A DNA stretch of 63,930 bases, counting the filler, from an uncultured bacterium (GTDB lineage Bacteria; DAOPZR01): NCBI GenBank assembly GCA_964637655.1. It is 9 parts of 9 records of this genome, joined end to end, with 100 filler letters (N's around TTAATTAATTAA, not from the genome) between each part and the next. Parts side by side here need not be neighbours in the genome. Positions count along the whole stretch, not along the records: positions 29,111 to 36,109 come from CAZWUZ010000203.1; positions 36,210 to 43,177 come from CAZWUZ010000204.1; 7 more parts are not named here. One strand, 5' to 3'. Below the pieces are notes generated by a model, which saw only the letters and a list, made by a program, of their open reading frames with translations, made no database searches and was not told the DNA's origin. This document shows, piece by piece, positions 31,100-40,729 of this stretch. Made by a program: the position numbers and the translations under genes. How positions within the stretch are numbered: the first letter of the stretch is position 1; the number at the start of each line of letters is the position of its first letter.

Positions 31100-32301
31100 C
31101 TGAGGGGGGCGTATACGGGGCCGACGAGGGCGTGAGAACCGGCTATAACGCGCAGCGTCGCTTGGGGAAGCGCCGCGTCCCACCGGTGAAAAACGTCCGG
31201 CACATCACCGTCGGCCGCCTGCGCGGCACATCCTTCCTCCCGCGCCGCCGCAGCCAGGTCAGCAGCCGTTGCCGCGCGTTCGCCCGGCAGCGTCACCGTC
31301 GTCACCGCCACCGTCCCCGCCAGTTCGCGGAAAAAACCCGCCGCGTCCTTGTCGCGCATCAGGCCGCAGAGCAGCGCCTTGTCGCCGGGAATTTGCTGCA
31401 GTGCCGAACATAGCCACATGGCCGCCTCGGGATTGTGCGCGGTATCGAAATAATAGCGTTTGCCGTCACGCTCCAGCAGTTCGCCGCGCGCGGGCACCAC
31501 CACGTCAGCCAGTGCCGTCATGCCTACCGCCGCCGAAAATGTGTCGCCAAGCAGCGTGCGCGCGGCGAGCAGCGCGAGCAGCGCATCGGTACGCTGCACG
31601 GGCGCGGCATTGCGCAGCGGCGGCAGCTGCGCCTGCAGGTCGACGGCATCCGCGAGACGCAGCAGCGGGGTGCCGAGCGCCCGGGCGCGGCGTTCGACCG
31701 CCGTCAGCGCATCGGGCGGCAGGTCGCCGATGACGCAGGGAATGCCCGGGCGCATGATCCCCGCCTTCTCCCCGGCCACCGCCTCGAGTGTGTCGCCCAG
31801 CCAGCGGCAATGGTCAAGCCCGACCGAGGTGATGACACACACCGCCGGAGCAACGACGTTGGTCGCGTCGAGCCGCCCGCCCATCCCGACCTCGAGCACC
31901 GCCTCGTCAACCCGTTCCGCCGCCGCCAGCAACAGCGCCAGCAGCGTGACATACTCGAATTCCGTCAGGACATGGTCGCTGCCAGGATGTTCCCGCACCT
32001 GCCGGTGCACGGCCTCCCAGCGCGCAAGCGGCAGTTCCGCCCCGTCGATGGCCAGCCGTTCGGTAAAGCGTGACAGTTCCGGTGAAATATAACGCGCGGT
32101 ACGCCGCCCGTGCGCGCGCAGGATGGCATCAAGGTAGAACACCACCGACCCCTTGCCGTTGGTGCCGGCAACGAGGATACTGCGGAAGTCATGGTGCGGA
32201 TTGCCCGGCGCGGCGAGCGCCGCCTGCAGCGCGTCGAGGCGCGGATTGATGCCGCGCGCGCGCAGGCGCGCCAGTTCACCCGCCAGGGGCAGCGCGGTCA
32301 C
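31096..32301 (-). CDS. folC: Folylpolyglutamate synthase/dihydrofolate synthase
   Basis: VAGTNGKGS, LEVGMGGRLDATNV, EKAGIM, DTAHN; GTGA overlap with cvpA. Confidence 0.93.
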   Translation of the reverse strand: MTALPLAGELARLRARGINPRLDALQAALAAPGNPHHDFRSILVAGTNGKGSVVFYLDAILRAHGRRTARYISPELSRFTERLAIDGAELPLARWEAVHRQVREHPGSDHVLTEFEYVTLLALLLAAAERVDEAVLEVGMGGRLDATNVVAPAVCVITSVGLDHCRWLGDTLEAVAGEKAGIMRPGIPCVIGDLPPDALTAVERRARALGTPLLRLADAVDLQAQLPPLRNAAPVQRTDALLALLAARTLLGDTFSAAVGMTALADVVVPARGELLERDGKRYYFDTAHNPEAAMWLCSALQQIPGDKALLCGLMRDKDAAGFFRELAGTVAVTTVTLPGERAATAADLAAAAREEGCAAQAADGDVPDVFHRWDAALPQATLRVIAGSHALVGPVYAPLR

Positions 32302-32795
32302 GCAAAATCGTACGCGAAGCGGGCAAAGAGTGCGGGCAGAATGTGGAAGGCGGCACGCGCGGCACGCATCAGCCACGGCGCGAGGTCGGAATAGGTGCGC
32401 AACGCGTCGTGCACCGCGGGAATGCGGTCGGCGAGCAGCGCCACCATGCCGATGATGACCACCGCCTTGAGCACCCCGACGACAAACCCGCCGCACCTGT
32501 CGAGCCAGCCAAGCAGCAGCACCTTGACCACTTTCTGGATGACATTCCCCGCGACCACCGTCACCAGCACCGCCACGGCGAAGATGATGACATAGGCAAG
32601 GATGCGCGCGACGATGCCGGGCCCGACGAAACGCGCCAGGTACGGCATGACCAGCCCGTAGCAGGCGGTGGCCAGCACAATGCCGAGCACCAGCGCCAGC
32701 AGGGCGAACGTTTCGCGGATCAGCCCGCGATGCGCCGACCAGAGCCCCGAGCCGATGATCAGCGCGAGCAGGACCGCATCAAAATACGTGATCAT
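32298..32795 (-). CDS. cvpA: CvpA-family membrane protein
   Basis: D..LL......RGLIRE, LGWLDR..G...G.LKA. Confidence 0.88.
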   Translation of the reverse strand: MITYFDAVLLALIIGSGLWSAHRGLIRETFALLALVLGIVLATACYGLVMPYLARFVGPGIVARILAYVIIFAVAVLVTVVAGNVIQKVVKVLLLGWLDRCGGFVVGVLKAVVIIGMVALLADRIPAVHDALRTYSDLAPWLMRAARAAFHILPALFARFAYDFA

Positions 32796-32809
32796 GACAG
32801 TAACCGGCT

Positions 32810-33108
32810 AGCTGAGCGCGACCAGGCTCCGCACCAGGTGCGGTGAGGTGGTCGCGTGAAGCGAGCTTGCCCCGCAGGGGTCAGTCGGAACATAGTGACG
32901 ACTGACTCAGCTGAGCGCGACCAGGCTCCGCACCAGGTGCGGTGAGGTGGTCGCGTGAAGCGANNNNNNNNNNNNNNNNNNNNNNNNNNNNNNNNNNNNN
33001 NNNNNNNNNNNNNNNNNNNNNNNNNNNNNNNNNNNNNNNNNNNNNNNNNNNNNNNNNNNNNNNGCTTGCCCCGCAGGGGTCAGTCGGAACATAGTGACGA
33101 CTGACTCA
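32810..33108. repeat. 99-bp structured tandem repeat, at least two copies, unresolved by a 100-N gap
   Basis: GCTGAGCGCGACCAGG at 32811 and 32910; sequence is contiguous across the gap. Confidence 0.75.
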
Positions 33109-34416
33109 CCGCAGTTCGACGAAGTAACTGCTGCAGGCGCCGTCGATGAGCGTCTCGTTCAGTTCCGGCTCGACCCCGAGGTAGCGCGCCTGGTCGCCGA
33201 TCTGGTCGAGCAGGTCGCGCGCATGACAGCCGCGCAGCGGCTTGCCTTTCGGCTTGTAGTGGTGTTCAATCATGTAGTCGATCATCTGCTCGCGGTACTC
33301 GATCTTGCGGCTGCGGCAGACGAGCTGGAAGATGCGCTTGAAGCGGTCCACCGACGGGTCGCCGATCTCGACCTTGTAGCGGATACGGCGCAGAAAGGCG
33401 TCGTCGACGAGGTCGGCCGGGTCGATGTTGGTCGAGAAGATGATCAGCTGCTCGAACGGCACTTCGATCTTCTTGCCGGTGTGCAGGGTGAGGAAGTCGA
33501 CGCGCTTTTCCAGCGGGACGATCCAGCGGTTGAGCAGGTCCTGCGGGCGCATCTGCTGGCGCCCGAAGTCGTCGATGAGCAGGATGCCGCCGTTCGATTT
33601 CATCTGGAACGGCGCCTCGTAGAACTTGGTGTCGGTCGAGAAGATCAGGTCAAGCGTCGCCATGGTCAGTTCGCCGCCGACCATAATCATCGGGCGCTTG
33701 ATTTCCACCCAGCGCGCGTCGTACTGTTCTTTTTTGTCCTTGAGGATGGAGGAAACCGCGTTCTTTTCCTTCGGTTCCTCCGGCTCCTCGACCGGGAAAT
33801 GGTAGAACGGGTCGAAGAATTTGATCACCTGGTTGTCCACTTCCACGGCGTAGGGGACGACAATGTTGCCGCCCATCAGTTTGCAGATGCGCTCGGCGAT
33901 GGCGGTCTTGCCGTTCCCCGGGTAGCCGTAGAGGAACATCGACTTGCCCGAATTGATGGCGGGCCCGAGCTTGTCGATCATGTCGGGGTCGATGATCAGG
34001 TCGGAGAACGCCTGCACCGTGCGCTCGCGGTTGATATCGCCATAGACCACCTTGTTGTCGAGCACGCTCTGCTGGTAGGCGGTCAGCGGGACGGGCGCGG
34101 GCCCGCAGTAGGTGTCGCGGGTGAAGACCTCCGCCACCTTGAGCCGTCCCTTGTCGGTGATGCAGTATTTCCAGTTGCTCGCCGAGGCGCTGTCGCCCCC
34201 GCGCACCTCGAGGTACTTCTCGTCGCGCAGGTGGCGCAGCAGCACTTCGACCACGTCGGTGAACGGCAGGTGCATGCTGCGCGCCACGTCGCGCCCGACC
34301 ATCTCGCCGACGAAGTAGATGGTCTTCAGCGCCAGGTCCTGCAAAAAGCCGCGGGTCAGCCCCGTCTCCTCGAGATTTTTCGGTGCCAGCGGCAGTTTGC
34401 TTTCAGCCATGCTCAT
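33106..34416 (-). CDS. AAA+ ATPase with N-terminal winged-helix-like region
   Basis: Walker A GYPGNGKT, Walker B LLIDDFGRQ, FSTN, AFLRRI. Confidence 0.88.
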   Translation of the reverse strand: MSMAESKLPLAPKNLEETGLTRGFLQDLALKTIYFVGEMVGRDVARSMHLPFTDVVEVLLRHLRDEKYLEVRGGDSASASNWKYCITDKGRLKVAEVFTRDTYCGPAPVPLTAYQQSVLDNKVVYGDINRERTVQAFSDLIIDPDMIDKLGPAINSGKSMFLYGYPGNGKTAIAERICKLMGGNIVVPYAVEVDNQVIKFFDPFYHFPVEEPEEPKEKNAVSSILKDKKEQYDARWVEIKRPMIMVGGELTMATLDLIFSTDTKFYEAPFQMKSNGGILLIDDFGRQQMRPQDLLNRWIVPLEKRVDFLTLHTGKKIEVPFEQLIIFSTNIDPADLVDDAFLRRIRYKVEIGDPSVDRFKRIFQLVCRSRKIEYREQMIDYMIEHHYKPKGKPLRGCHARDLLDQIGDQARYLGVEPELNETLIDGACSSYFVELR

Positions 34417-34849
34417 TCCCTCCCGTGGGGTATGCCGGCGGCAGCACCACGCTGGTGCCGCGACAGAGGATCTTGCCGTGCTGGTTGCGCCAGAGCAGTT
34501 TCATCGTCACCGTTTTGCCGTCCGCGTGTTTTTCCGCCACCTCGACCCGGCAGGTGACGGTGTCGCCGATGTAGGCGGGGCGCAGGAATTTCACTGACAG
34601 GTCGGCGGCGATGGTTCCCGGGCCGGGGAGCAGCGTCCCGAGCACCGCCGAGCAGAAGCCGAGCGACAGCACACCATGCGCCACGCGCCCGGTCAGGCCC
34701 GCCGCGCGGGCGGCCGCGTCGTCGAGATGGATGGGATTGGTATCCCCCGACGTGCGGGCGAACGACTCGATATTCTCCGCGGTAATGACGCTCTGCAGTT
34801 CCGCGCTGTCGCCGACGGCAAGCGCGGCATAGGATTTCCCTGTGGCCAT
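34403..34849 (-). CDS. MaoC/PhaJ-family (R)-enoyl-CoA hydratase
   Basis: SGDTNPIHLD, RVAHG, LPGPG, FLRPAYIGD. Confidence 0.9.
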   Translation of the reverse strand: MATGKSYAALAVGDSAELQSVITAENIESFARTSGDTNPIHLDDAAARAAGLTGRVAHGVLSLGFCSAVLGTLLPGPGTIAADLSVKFLRPAYIGDTVTCRVEVAEKHADGKTVTMKLLWRNQHGKILCRGTSVVLPPAYPTGGNEHG

Positions 34850-34910
34850 GCGGTTCTCCTCCCTGATGCCGGTGGCAAGCATAGCATATCCGGCACAGCC
34901 GTCGCCACCC

Positions 34911-34939
34911 TTGACGACACCGCGGGCGCAGCTTATAGT
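34911..34939 (+). promoter_or_regulatory. sigma-70 promoter, probably giving a leaderless mRNA
   Basis: TTGACG-17nt-TATAGT; ATG 6 nt after the -10 box; no RBS. Confidence 0.65.
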
Positions 34940-34945
34940 GCCGCC

Positions 34946-36109
34946 ATGCGTGCCGCCCCGCTGCTCTGCTTCCTTGCCGTGTTTCTGCTCTTCGGCTATC
35001 GCGGGGTCATCGACTGCGAGGACGGCCTGATCCGCTGGCAGGGCGCGTTGCGCCTGGTTGCCGGTGACGGCTTCACCCACACGGTCTATGGCGGTGTGCT
35101 CCCGGTCAAGTACGGGCCCGCGCACTCACTGCTGGCCCTGCCGCTGCTCCTCGCCGGCATGGCCGTCGGGCCGCTGCTGTCTGCCGCCGGTCTTTCCGTT
35201 TCGCCGCATCTGCTGCTGCAGGGCGCGTTCATGCCGGTGATCCCGCTGGCTACCCTCGCCACTACGCTGCTGCTGTTGCGCTGGGCGCGAGCGCTGCCGG
35301 TTCATCCGCACGCGACTGCTGCCGTGGTACTCGCTTATGTCTGCGGCAGCTACGCCCTGGTTGCCGCCAACCTCGCTTTTGACGAACCGCTGCACGGTTT
35401 TTTCCTGCTCGCCGCGCTCCATGCCGCATGGCGCGGGGCGGGCGTCAGCGCTGCCCTCTGGTGGGCCGGTGCGCTCTTTACCCGCGCCACCGCGCTGCTG
35501 GCGCTCCCGGCGCTGCTGCTGCTGCCACTCCCGCGCCGGCGTTTCGCTGTTGCCGTCGTGGCCGTGCTGGCCGTCTTCAGTGCCTACCAGTATGTGCACG
35601 GCACCGCCACGCCCGATGCCGGCTACCACGGCGAAGGGTTCACCACCCCGCTGCACGTCGGGCTGCGCGGCCTGCTGGCCACGCCGGGCAAGAGTGTCTT
35701 CCTCTTTGCCCCGCCGCTGCTGCTGCTCCCCTGGGCCGTCGCGCGGGCGCGCACGCTCCAGCCGCGCCTGCTGCTGGCAACCGGCTGGCTGGCCACGGCC
35801 TACCTGTTCACCTACGCGAAATGGGTCCACTGGCCCGGGGACACCTTCTGGGGGCCGCGCTACCTGCTGCCGGTACTGCCGGCTGTTGCCGTGCTGTTCC
35901 TGCTGCTGCCGCGCGCCGGCATCCGTGCCCTGCTGGTGCTCGCCCTCTGCGGCTTCCTCGTCAATCTGCCCGGCTTCCTGCTCAGCTACCAGGCAGGCTG
36001 GACGGTGACCCTGCAGGCAGCGCACGGCGAGCGCATGACCGCCTACCGGCTCTGGCGGCATGACCCGCACTGGAGCGCGCCGCGCGTCACCACGCGACTG
36101 TTGCAGCAG
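34946..36109 (+). CDS. GT-C-like polytopic membrane protein (3'-truncated)
   Basis: KYGPAHSLL, GL.GLL.TPGKSVFLFAP, WGPRYLLP. Confidence 0.7.
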
Positions 36110-36216
36110 NNNNNNNNNNNNNNNNNNNNNNNNNNNNNNNNNNNNNNNNNNNNTTAATTAATTAANNNNNNNNNNNNNNNNNNNNNNNNNNNNNNNNNNN
36201 NNNNNNNNNAGGACCA

Positions 36217-36531
36217 ATGGCAGAACAGTTCACCAGCAGCAGCGTCACGGCGGCCATCGCCAAACCGGGGGTCACCCTGGTCGACTTCTACGCGGACTGG
36301 TGCGGCCCCTGCCGCATGGTCGCCCCGGTCATCGTCGAACTGGCGCAGGCCTATGCCGGCAAGGCGGTCATCGGCAAGCTCAATGTCGACGAGGCGGGCG
36401 ACATCGCGCAGCAGTACGGGGTGCAGAGCATCCCCACGCTGATCTTCTTCAAGGACGGGAAGGAAGCGAAGCGCGTGGTCGGGGCGCAGCCGAAGGAAGC
36501 GCTGCAGCAGATCCTGGATTCCCTGCTGTGA
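36217..36531 (+). CDS. trxA: Thioredoxin
   Basis: DFYADWCGPC, QSIPTL. Confidence 0.96.
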   Translation: MAEQFTSSSVTAAIAKPGVTLVDFYADWCGPCRMVAPVIVELAQAYAGKAVIGKLNVDEAGDIAQQYGVQSIPTLIFFKDGKEAKRVVGAQPKEALQQILDSLL

Positions 36532-36710
36532 AACTGCTGCTCATCCTCGCGGGCGCGGCCGGCGGGGCAGTCATCGGCTGGCTGCTCTACCGCTACGTCG
36601 GCTGCTACGGCGGCGCCTGCCCGATGACCGGGAACAAGTGGCTGACCCCGCTGCTCTGGTCGCTCATCGGTGCCTATACCGCGTCGGGACTCCACGGGAG
36701 CGGCACATGA
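36528..36710 (+). CDS. Small membrane protein with GC..G.CP motif (DUF6132-like)
   Basis: YVGCYGGACPMT; overlaps both neighbours by 4 nt. Confidence 0.75.
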   Translation: MKLLLILAGAAGGAVIGWLLYRYVGCYGGACPMTGNKWLTPLLWSLIGAYTASGLHGSGT

Positions 36711-36892
36711 GCGCGGAACGCGCCCTCCGGGTGGTGGCGGGGATCTTCGTCCTGCTCTCGCTCGCGCTCGGCCTCTGGGTGCACCCCTACTGGTTCGGTT
36801 TCACCGCGTTTGTCGGACTCAACCTGATCCAGTCGGCATTCACGGGGTTCTGCCCGGCGGAGATGCTGCTGCGCCGGTGCGGACTCAAATAG
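36707..36892 (+). CDS. DUF2892/YgaP-like membrane protein
   Basis: ER.LR..AG, FVGLNLIQSAFTGFCP. Confidence 0.85.
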   Translation: MSAERALRVVAGIFVLLSLALGLWVHPYWFGFTAFVGLNLIQSAFTGFCPAEMLLRRCGLK

Positions 36893-36898
36893 GGCGCG

Positions 36899-37552
36899 TC
36901 AGCAGTCACCCGCCACTTCGCGGTTGAGGCGGTCGAAGAACGCGACCATGAACTCGTGGCGGTCGCGCGCCATGGCCCGGCCCGCGTCGGTCAGCAGGCG
37001 GTCGCGGATATGGCGCAACTTGACGAGATATTCGCGATAGGCGGTGTCGTCGGGTCCGTAGGCGGCGCAGTGCGCCGGGTCACAGTCGGGGTCATGCAGT
37101 TTCGCCCCGATCTCGCCGGCAAACAGGAACGCGCGCCCGATGCCGACCGCGCCGATGGCATCGAGCTTGTCGGCATCATAGAGCACCCGCGCCTCGATGC
37201 TGGCCGGTTCGTCGCCGCCGCGGAAGCGGTGCGCGGCGATGCAGGCGGCCACCGCGTCAATGGCCGCCGGGACATAGCCGAATTCCGGCATCAGTTCCCG
37301 CGCCAGCTGAGCCCCGCGCGCGGCATGGCAGACCCCGCCGTTGCTGCGGTCCTCCTCGTCACGCCCGAGATCATGCAGCAGCGCCGCCGCCAGCAGGAGG
37401 TCCATGTCCGCGCCGGCCGGCGGCCCGAGATGCAGGCAGAGACGGTAAACCCGTTCCGTGTGTTCCCAGTCGTGGCTGCCGCGCGCGTCGGCCAGGCGCG
37501 CCTGCACCCGCGCGCGCACCGCGTCCAGCCGGGCCGGGTCAGAAACAGTCAT
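36899..37552 (-). CDS. HD-domain phosphohydrolase
   Basis: HDWEHTERV, LLHDLGR, HRFR, DADKLDAIGAVG. Confidence 0.92.
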   Translation of the reverse strand: MTVSDPARLDAVRARVQARLADARGSHDWEHTERVYRLCLHLGPPAGADMDLLLAAALLHDLGRDEEDRSNGGVCHAARGAQLARELMPEFGYVPAAIDAVAACIAAHRFRGGDEPASIEARVLYDADKLDAIGAVGIGRAFLFAGEIGAKLHDPDCDPAHCAAYGPDDTAYREYLVKLRHIRDRLLTDAGRAMARDRHEFMVAFFDRLNREVAGDC

Positions 37553-37557
37553 CGGTA

Positions 37558-38094
37558 TTACAACGGGTTGAGCAGGGAGACGATGCGCCAGGGCTGTTCC
37601 TGCCCGGGCGTAAAACGGAGGTCGCAGTAAGTGGCGACCGTTTTCGCCTCGCCGGTTTCCGAAACATAACTCAGCGAGATTTCCAGTTTGCCGCGGTTGT
37701 TCTGCACGGCCGCCTCGGGCGGCGGGGCAACCGCGAACTGCGACGCGTTTTTCACCTTGTCCGCCAGTGGCGCGAATACCCCGGTGGCAAACGCGGTTCG
37801 CAGTTCCTCGCCCTTTGCCTGCAACTGCTCCGGGGTCAGTGTCGCACGTTCCGCCTCGGGCGTATTCGCCCGCACGATGGCATTCCAGTCATGCACCGCG
37901 GCAAAGGCGGCGAAATCACCCGCCTGCAGCGCGCTCTTCACCTGCTGTGCCAGCGCCGTGGCCGGCACAAAGGCGGCGGGTGCCGCCGCCTGCGGCGCCC
38001 GGTTGCCCGCGGGCGCCAGCAGCATCAGACAGACGACAATAGTCACCGTTTCCAGCACAATCAGCGCCAGCAGTTTTTTGCGGGTATCCATCAC
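37558..38094 (-). CDS. Hypothetical membrane-anchored/exported protein
   Basis: N-terminal TM helix; 4-nt overlap with the upstream pilin-like gene. Confidence 0.65.
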   Translation of the reverse strand: MMDTRKKLLALIVLETVTIVVCLMLLAPAGNRAPQAAAPAAFVPATALAQQVKSALQAGDFAAFAAVHDWNAIVRANTPEAERATLTPEQLQAKGEELRTAFATGVFAPLADKVKNASQFAVAPPPEAAVQNNRGKLEISLSYVSETGEAKTVATYCDLRFTPGQEQPWRIVSLLNPL

Positions 38095-38615
38095 GGCACC
38101 TGCACCGACGTTGACGCGGTTGCTTCATACATGCCCGAAGTTGCCGTCAATGAAAACGCAGGTGTCCCCGACCCTGAATTCGGGGTGAATCTGAGCCCGG
38201 CATAGCCCTGCGCATCAACGCGGATGGTATAGCCGCCGCCATCGACATAGGTTCCCTGCGCCGTGCTGTAGCCCCACCCGGTAAGCCCGCCGCCGCTGAT
38301 CGACCAGCTGACCAGCGCATCGACTGCCGGCGACCCGTCAACATTTTTTACCAGTGCCGTGATGACGACGGGCGTGCCCAGGGCGACTGTGCCCGCCGAG
38401 GGGGACACCGTCATGGTAATGCCGTTATTGGCGTACATCAGTTCCGAGAGCGCGGCATTGCCCTGCTGCTCGGTGACCGCGCGGTTCTCGTACCAGTGAA
38501 TCATGGCGGGACCGTAGGCAATGGCCACCGTCCCCACCATGATGGCGATAAGACCGACGATGATGCCGTATTCAACCATCGACTGACCGCGTGCACCGCG
38601 GTGTCCTGTCTTCAT
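38091..38615 (-). CDS. Flp/Tad pilin-like N-terminus fused to an Ig-like (Big_1-like) domain
   Basis: RGQSMVEYGIIV prepilin motif; VVITALVKNVDGSP..DALVSWS, VDAQGYA. Confidence 0.7.
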   Translation of the reverse strand: MKTGHRGARGQSMVEYGIIVGLIAIMVGTVAIAYGPAMIHWYENRAVTEQQGNAALSELMYANNGITMTVSPSAGTVALGTPVVITALVKNVDGSPAVDALVSWSISGGGLTGWGYSTAQGTYVDGGGYTIRVDAQGYAGLRFTPNSGSGTPAFSLTATSGMYEATASTSVQVP

Positions 38616-38679
38616 GTTCCAATGCTACCACAACCGACAATCCGGTGCAAGCGTCACGAATACCCCCTTCCTCTTCCGC

Positions 38680-38708
38680 TTGACACGTACGGTATTACTT
38701 TGTAATAT
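38680..38708 (+). promoter_or_regulatory. Promoter with overlapping palindromic operator
   Basis: TTGACA-17nt-TAATAT; TATTAC-TTT-GTAATA at 38693-38707. Confidence 0.7.
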
Positions 38709-38727
38709 ACGTAGCGGAGGTGACCCC

Positions 38728-39021
38728 ATGGCCCACAAAGATTCGGTACTGACCTTCAAGGCCGATCCCGACCTCGCCGCCGCACTGCGCGCGCTCCCCA
38801 ACCGCAGCGACTTCATCCGCAGTGCTGTCCTCGCCGCGCTGGACAGCACCTGTCCACTCTGCAGCGGCAGCGGCATCCTTTCCCCCAAGCAGAAGGAACA
38901 CTGGGAGAAACTGCGCGGCACGCACCATATTGCCCGGTGTGCTGACTGTCAGGAATTCGTCATGGTCTGCGACCGCCACGCACCGCAGCATACGCACCGC
39001 TCCACCCGGGGTGCTGCATGA
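38728..39021 (+). CDS. Ribbon-helix-helix (CopG-like) regulator with Cys/His metal-binding C-terminus
   Basis: VLTFKAD..L...L..LPNRSDFIRSAV; CPLC, HH, CADC, C; GGAGGTG RBS; ATGA overlap with znuA. Confidence 0.8.
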   Translation: MAHKDSVLTFKADPDLAAALRALPNRSDFIRSAVLAALDSTCPLCSGSGILSPKQKEHWEKLRGTHHIARCADCQEFVMVCDRHAPQHTHRSTRGAA

Positions 39022-39947
39022 ACCGCCCCGTCCTCGTTCTCCTGCTGCTCCCGGTACTGCTGGGTGCCTGCAGTACGCCACCCGCCACCGCGCCGGCGGA
39101 CAGCTTCACCATCATCACCTCGTTTTACCCCATGCACATCATGGCGCTGAATATCGCCCGCGACATTCCCGGGGTGCGGGTGCAGCAGCTCACGCCGCCC
39201 GCTACCGGCTGCCTGCACCATTACCAGTTCACTCCGCAGGACCTCGCGCTGGTCAGCACGGCACAGGCGCTGGTGGTCAACGGCAGCGGCATGGAAGGGT
39301 TTCTCGACCGCATCATCAGCCAGTATCCGCACCTGTACCTCATCGATACCAGCCGCCACCTGGCCGCGGACAGCATGATCACCGTCGCCGCCGCCGCTGA
39401 CCACGCGCACGCTGCCGCTCATCATGACCATGCCGCCACCGTCAACCCGCATTTCTGGGTGAGCATTGCCAATGCCCGGGTGCAGGTGACCGCCATCGCC
39501 AAAGGTCTGGTCGATGCCGACCCGGCCCATGCCGCCGCCTACACCGCCAACGCCGCCGCCTATGATGCACGGCTGGCCGCGCTGCAGGCACGCCTGCACG
39601 CCGCGCTCGACACGCTCCCGCAGCGCGACATCGTCACCTTCCATGCCGCGTTCGACTATTTTGCCCGCGAATTCAACCTGCGCGTGCTCGCGGTCATCGA
39701 GCGCGAACCGGGGGTGGAACCCTCGCCGGCGGACCTGGCTGCGCTCATCCGCCGCGTGCGCGCCGCCGGCCGCGTGCCGCTCTTTGTCGAACCGCAGTAT
39801 CCTCCGGCCATTGCCGCCACCATCGCGCGCGAGACCGGGTCGCCGGTGCATACGCTCGACCCGTGCGTCACGGGTCCCGCTGCGCCCGACGCCTACCTGC
39901 AAACGATGGAACAGAATCTCGCCGTGCTCACGGCCGCACTGCAATGA
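39018..39947 (+). CDS. znuA: Zn/Mn ABC transporter substrate-binding lipoprotein
   Basis: Lipobox LGAC, CLHHYQ.TP, His-rich loop, NPHFW, FHAAFDYF. Confidence 0.88.
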   Translation: MNRPVLVLLLLPVLLGACSTPPATAPADSFTIITSFYPMHIMALNIARDIPGVRVQQLTPPATGCLHHYQFTPQDLALVSTAQALVVNGSGMEGFLDRIISQYPHLYLIDTSRHLAADSMITVAAAADHAHAAAHHDHAATVNPHFWVSIANARVQVTAIAKGLVDADPAHAAAYTANAAAYDARLAALQARLHAALDTLPQRDIVTFHAAFDYFAREFNLRVLAVIEREPGVEPSPADLAALIRRVRAAGRVPLFVEPQYPPAIAATIARETGSPVHTLDPCVTGPAAPDAYLQTMEQNLAVLTAALQ

Positions 39948-40729
39948 GCCCCCCCGCCTGCGGCAGCTGCTGCACGAAACTCGAACAGTTCGGTGTCCAC
40001 TTCGGCGACACGGTCATCCTGGAGAACGTCAACCTGCACCTGCATTGCGGCGAACTGACCGCGCTGATCGGCCCCAACGGCGCAGGGAAGACCACGCTGC
40101 TGCGCGCGCTGCTCGGTGAAGTGCCGCACAGCGGCGGCATGCGTTTCCTCGCTGCCAGCGGGGCGCACCGCCCCCCGCGCTTCGGCTACGTGCCGCAGAC
40201 ACTGGAATTTGATACCGGCGCCCCGCTCTCGGTTGCCGACCTGTTCGCCGGCGCACTCGCCCGCTGGCCCGCCTGGCTCGGGCATACCGCCGCATTGCGC
40301 ACGCGCGCTAGTGCCGCGCTCGCGCGCGTCCAGGCCGCGCACCTGCTCCTGCGGCGCGTGGGCGACCTGTCGGGCGGGGAACTGCAGCGTGTGCTGCTGG
40401 CCCTCGCGCTCGAACCGCTTCCCGACCTGCTGCTGCTCGACGAGCCGGTGACCGGCGTCGATGCCACGGGGCGGGAACAGTTCTACGCGCTTATCTGTGC
40501 GCTGCGGCGCGACTTCGACCTCTCCATTCTGCTGGTGGCGCATGACCTCGATCTGGTCGCCCGGCATGCCGACCGTTTCGTGCTGCTCGACCGCCGCCTG
40601 CTCGCCGCCGGCACGCCGGCCGAAGTGCTGGCCCATCCCGACTGCGTGCTGCGGTTCGGGCATATCATCCCTGACCCGCAGCAGCGCCACCACCACGGCG
40701 TGCAGCCGCGCGCGGAGCAGCACGCCTGA
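39944..40729 (+). CDS. znuC: Metal ABC transporter ATP-binding protein
   Basis: GPNGAGKT, GYVPQ, LSGGELQR, LLLDEP; N-terminal CGSCC. Confidence 0.88.
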   Translation: MSPPACGSCCTKLEQFGVHFGDTVILENVNLHLHCGELTALIGPNGAGKTTLLRALLGEVPHSGGMRFLAASGAHRPPRFGYVPQTLEFDTGAPLSVADLFAGALARWPAWLGHTAALRTRASAALARVQAAHLLLRRVGDLSGGELQRVLLALALEPLPDLLLLDEPVTGVDATGREQFYALICALRRDFDLSILLVAHDLDLVARHADRFVLLDRRLLAAGTPAEVLAHPDCVLRFGHIIPDPQQRHHHGVQPRAEQHA

